Source: the human T2T-CHM13v2.0 reference genome, Homo sapiens. From it: a DNA stretch of 64,000 nt. The translations under genes and the position numbers were made by a program. The stretch lies in the NCBI RefSeq assembly GCF_009914755.1, contig NC_060932.1. One strand, 5' to 3'. Within the stretch, counting starts at the first letter, position 1, and every line of letters begins with the position of its first letter. Under the pieces are notes generated by a model. That model was not told where the DNA came from, ran no database searches, and saw only the letters and a program-made list of their open reading frames with translations. Positions 60,558 to 64,000 of this stretch are shown here, piece by piece.

Positions 60558-61226
60558 CAGTATGTAGCCCTCCACTCCCTTCTATAATATCAGGGAGCTT
60601 ATTTTAAACTCTATTAATCTATTGCACACTGGGATAATGGGACACTTTGGTTAACTTCCAGCAAAGAGTCTTCTATTAATAAAGATTGACAAAAATCACA
60701 GTTTACAAAGTCTTCTACCTCATTCCTGCTATTCAGTACCAGAATACTCATTTTAACAACGCTTTTTCTCAGTAATATTTAATTCATTGTAGAAATTTAA
60801 CCAAACTAGTCCTGACATAATTCTCACCTCCTGATAAAATATATATGTAATTTAATCAAAGGCAAACTTTATTTCTGAAAACGCAAATTTAAATGTATTA
60901 AACACAAGCTTTTAGTTTTAATGGTAATAACATCTTCTCATTGCTAAAAGTATTTTGTTTTGACTTTTTCTTTTTTTAGATTTTCTATATTAAAATCAAT
61001 AAATATATTTTAATAGTAAAATTCAATAATATAATACATCAACAGAGCTAAAAAAAAGTACTTTTCAAAATCAGATTTTAAAATGAATAAACTAGCTCTT
61101 TTAGAAGATCAACCCATGGAGATTTTCAAGTAAATAACTTTAATATATTTTTTGTTTTCATATATTAGAATGGTCATTTTACCATTCATAAGTTGTTACC
61201 TTGATAAATTACACTGTATCTTGATA

Positions 61227-61443
61227 AATTTGAAATACATACTTATACACTTCTAATTATAAGCAATATTTGCAAAAATGGATGGTAAATTAAACATGAG
61301 TAATTGTTTAGCAGTCCCTCTTATTAAGCAGTAAGAAAACGAATTATTAATCATGCAAAATTGTTTGTTATAGATTCCTATAGGGATACATGTCATTCTT
61401 TACAGATTCCTTTCAAAACAGTGAAGTAGGTTGTAAAAGTTTT
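61227..61443 (+). repeat. Copy 1 of a ~215-bp dispersed direct repeat
   Basis: Colinear with 62422-62640, with exact shared blocks up to 23 bp (tggtaaattaaacatgagtaatt). Confidence 0.92.
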
Positions 61444-61960
61444 ATGAGTGGTTGAATCTCATGAATGAACCATGTTTAATACTACAGAGCCTTTTACTTA
61501 TTTGTTTATTTGTAAAAGGACATTTATTAACATCTACCTTATGCAGAGTGCAATTTTACACTCTACGTGAGACATATCTATAGCTCTGTACTAAAGAATC
61601 TGAGACACAGATATTTATAGAATGGCTATAAATTTATATAGAGAATATAATTGTTACAAACAATTATAAACAAGTATATATAAACACATACTAGTTGCTT
61701 TAAAAATTGGCTTAGCATATCAGAGCATCTCATATTCCCCTTTGAACTCCTGAAATCCATTTCTTAACACTATGCCAGAAACTAAAGCCCTCTTGTTTGA
61801 GGTTTTCCTGTTACAAAAATTTCAAATGACATTAGTTTATTATATCAAAAGTAAACAAATCTCTCATAGCAACAGCCTGGTAAAAACATGAGCACAATAT
61901 AATACTATAGAAGAGTAAATATAATTTTTGTGGCAATTATTTAAATTGAAATGTGTTTTA

Positions 61961-62302
<342 letters not shown>

Positions 62303-62421
62303 TTATGCTACCTCCTAGTAATAACAGGTGTGCATGCAGCACTAGAGAAGAAAAGTGTACTCAGTAGCATCTGAGAATTAGTGCAGTCCCCAAGAGAACA
62401 TGGCTCAACTTTCCAAGTTTG

Positions 62422-62640
62422 AATTTGAAGTATGTGCTAATACATTTCTAATTATAAGCAGTATTTGCATAAATTGGTGGTAAATTAAACATGAGTAATT
62501 AATTGTTTAACAGTTGCTCTTATTAAGCACTAAGAAAATGAATTAACTGTATAAAACTGTTTGATATAGATTCCTAAAGGGATATGTGTCATTCTTTATA
62601 GGATTCCTTTCAAAACTATGAAGTGAGTTGTAAAAGTTTT
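62422..62640 (+). repeat. Copy 2 of the ~215-bp dispersed direct repeat
   Basis: See copy 1; offset about 1195 bp. Confidence 0.92.
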
Positions 62641-63333
62641 TAAGGCTGCTTCTGGGTTTCTTTATTTTTCTAGGAAATATTATGAACAAAAACGAGTTTT
62701 GTAAGTAATTATTCTAAGATAGTAAAAATAAGCTAACTATCTGAGGTCAAAAAATTAATATTTGATTTGATATTCATTTCTTTGAGAACAAATCATAGTT
62801 TACAAGGTCTTCTATATATTCAACAGCTATCAGTGCTTATGGTATGCCAGGCAATTCTATCAAAATTGAAAGCTGGAGGAAGCAAAAAAATATTGCTTAG
62901 TAAGCATTTTTATTCTAGTGTGAGCAGAGAATTTGTTGACTCCTTATTCACTTTCACTTGGAAAGGCCAACTCTTAGACACAGCCAAGGGCAGTAAGAAT
63001 CATGAATGCCACATGTACCCTTGTCTAATTTGATCCTTGCCCACTTTCTTAGCACACTAGAAAAGTGAGTTTTGGTTTTGTCTCTTCCAAAAATACCTAA
63101 CACTATAACATGATATGAATTTGTATGATGAATGAAATGTCTACTGAGTTAAAACCTACAGTCTCTACTTCAAAGGACTATATGTCATGCAGCTAGAATA
63201 AAATTTCTCACTGAACACAAGCATGAAAATTAAGGGAGTTAAATTAATTTAAAATACACAAAAAGGTAACAAAAAAGAGAGATGCAAACTTTCAGAAAGG
63301 ACACCAGACATGTGCTCCTGAGCATGCACATTT

Positions 63334-63396
63334 ATGTGTGTTTGTATATCTGTGTGTTTGTGTGTGTGTATATCTGCGTGTTTGTGTGTGTGTATT
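63334..63396. repeat. TG-rich repeat with a duplicated 24-mer (tatatctgYgtgtttgtgtgtgtg)
   Basis: Seen directly. Confidence 0.75.
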
Positions 63397-64000
63397 TACA
63401 AGAAGTTGAGAGAAAGTTTTTCTGTATATCAGTATTCTTTCAAATAAAGACACTTTGTCAAGTATCCTACTTCTTGAGAAGTTTCTTGGGAATTTTTTTG
63501 TCTGTAAGCTGTACCTATATACATATGTAGAAGGGGAAACTTAAAGGGACATTCTGCAGGTAAATGCATAAATCTATGTAACACATAAACACATTTAAAC
63601 ATTTAGGAGGAATGGTCAACAACTAATATAACAAACATTCGTACTATTACTTTGACTAGAATCAGATGGGAAAATATAGAATATATTTTTATAACAAAGT
63701 GAAGATTTCTGTTATTTGAAAATAATTATCATTGGATGAAGACACTGAAGAGAATGGACTTAAAGATGGAATTTCATAGTAAATAGTGAAGAAAGAATGT
63801 AATTTAAGCTTTTTTTATAAGATGAAACTAAAAACATGAAGACATAAATTTTATTTTATATCTAATAAAACAGGATAAAATTACAATGATTTACTAATTC
63901 TTATCAGAAACAAGAGCAAACTGTTTTGAACTTAAAACGTAGCTGGCACTATTCTGCAGATTTTATTTATGTTAACTCAGCCCCCACAACAACCTTTTGA

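Overview
AT-rich primate genomic DNA, human or a very close great ape (Alu, L1PA, L2 and MIR content, plus a match to hsa-mir-2053 as I recall it). The window lies inside a CUB-and-Sushi multiple-domain gene on the minus strand, identified as CSMD3. Four coding exons with GT-AG boundaries (62083-62199, 55670-55885, 53790-53978, 4069-4238) splice in frame into CUB-Sushi-start of the next CUB, with a 49.5-kb intron before the last. That intron holds a full-length ~6.03-kb L1PA2/PA3-type LINE-1 (11011-17035, + strand, antisense to CSMD3). Its ORF1 and ORF2 are dead, but its 5'UTR, 71-aa ORF0 and antisense polyA signal are intact. Best candidate system: ORF0 splice donor 1 is phase-compatible with the next CSMD3 exon, so L1 antisense-promoter transcripts could make an in-frame ORF0-CSMD3 fusion ('gene breaking'). 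This is inferred from sequence only, with no expression evidence. Also present: the MIR2053 hairpin, an unexplained ~215-bp direct repeat bracketing one exon, a twin-primed L1, nested transposon stacks and microsatellites. No prokaryotic-type system (CRISPR, operon) is present. Repeat subfamily names come from recalled consensus sequences and need RepeatMasker confirmation.
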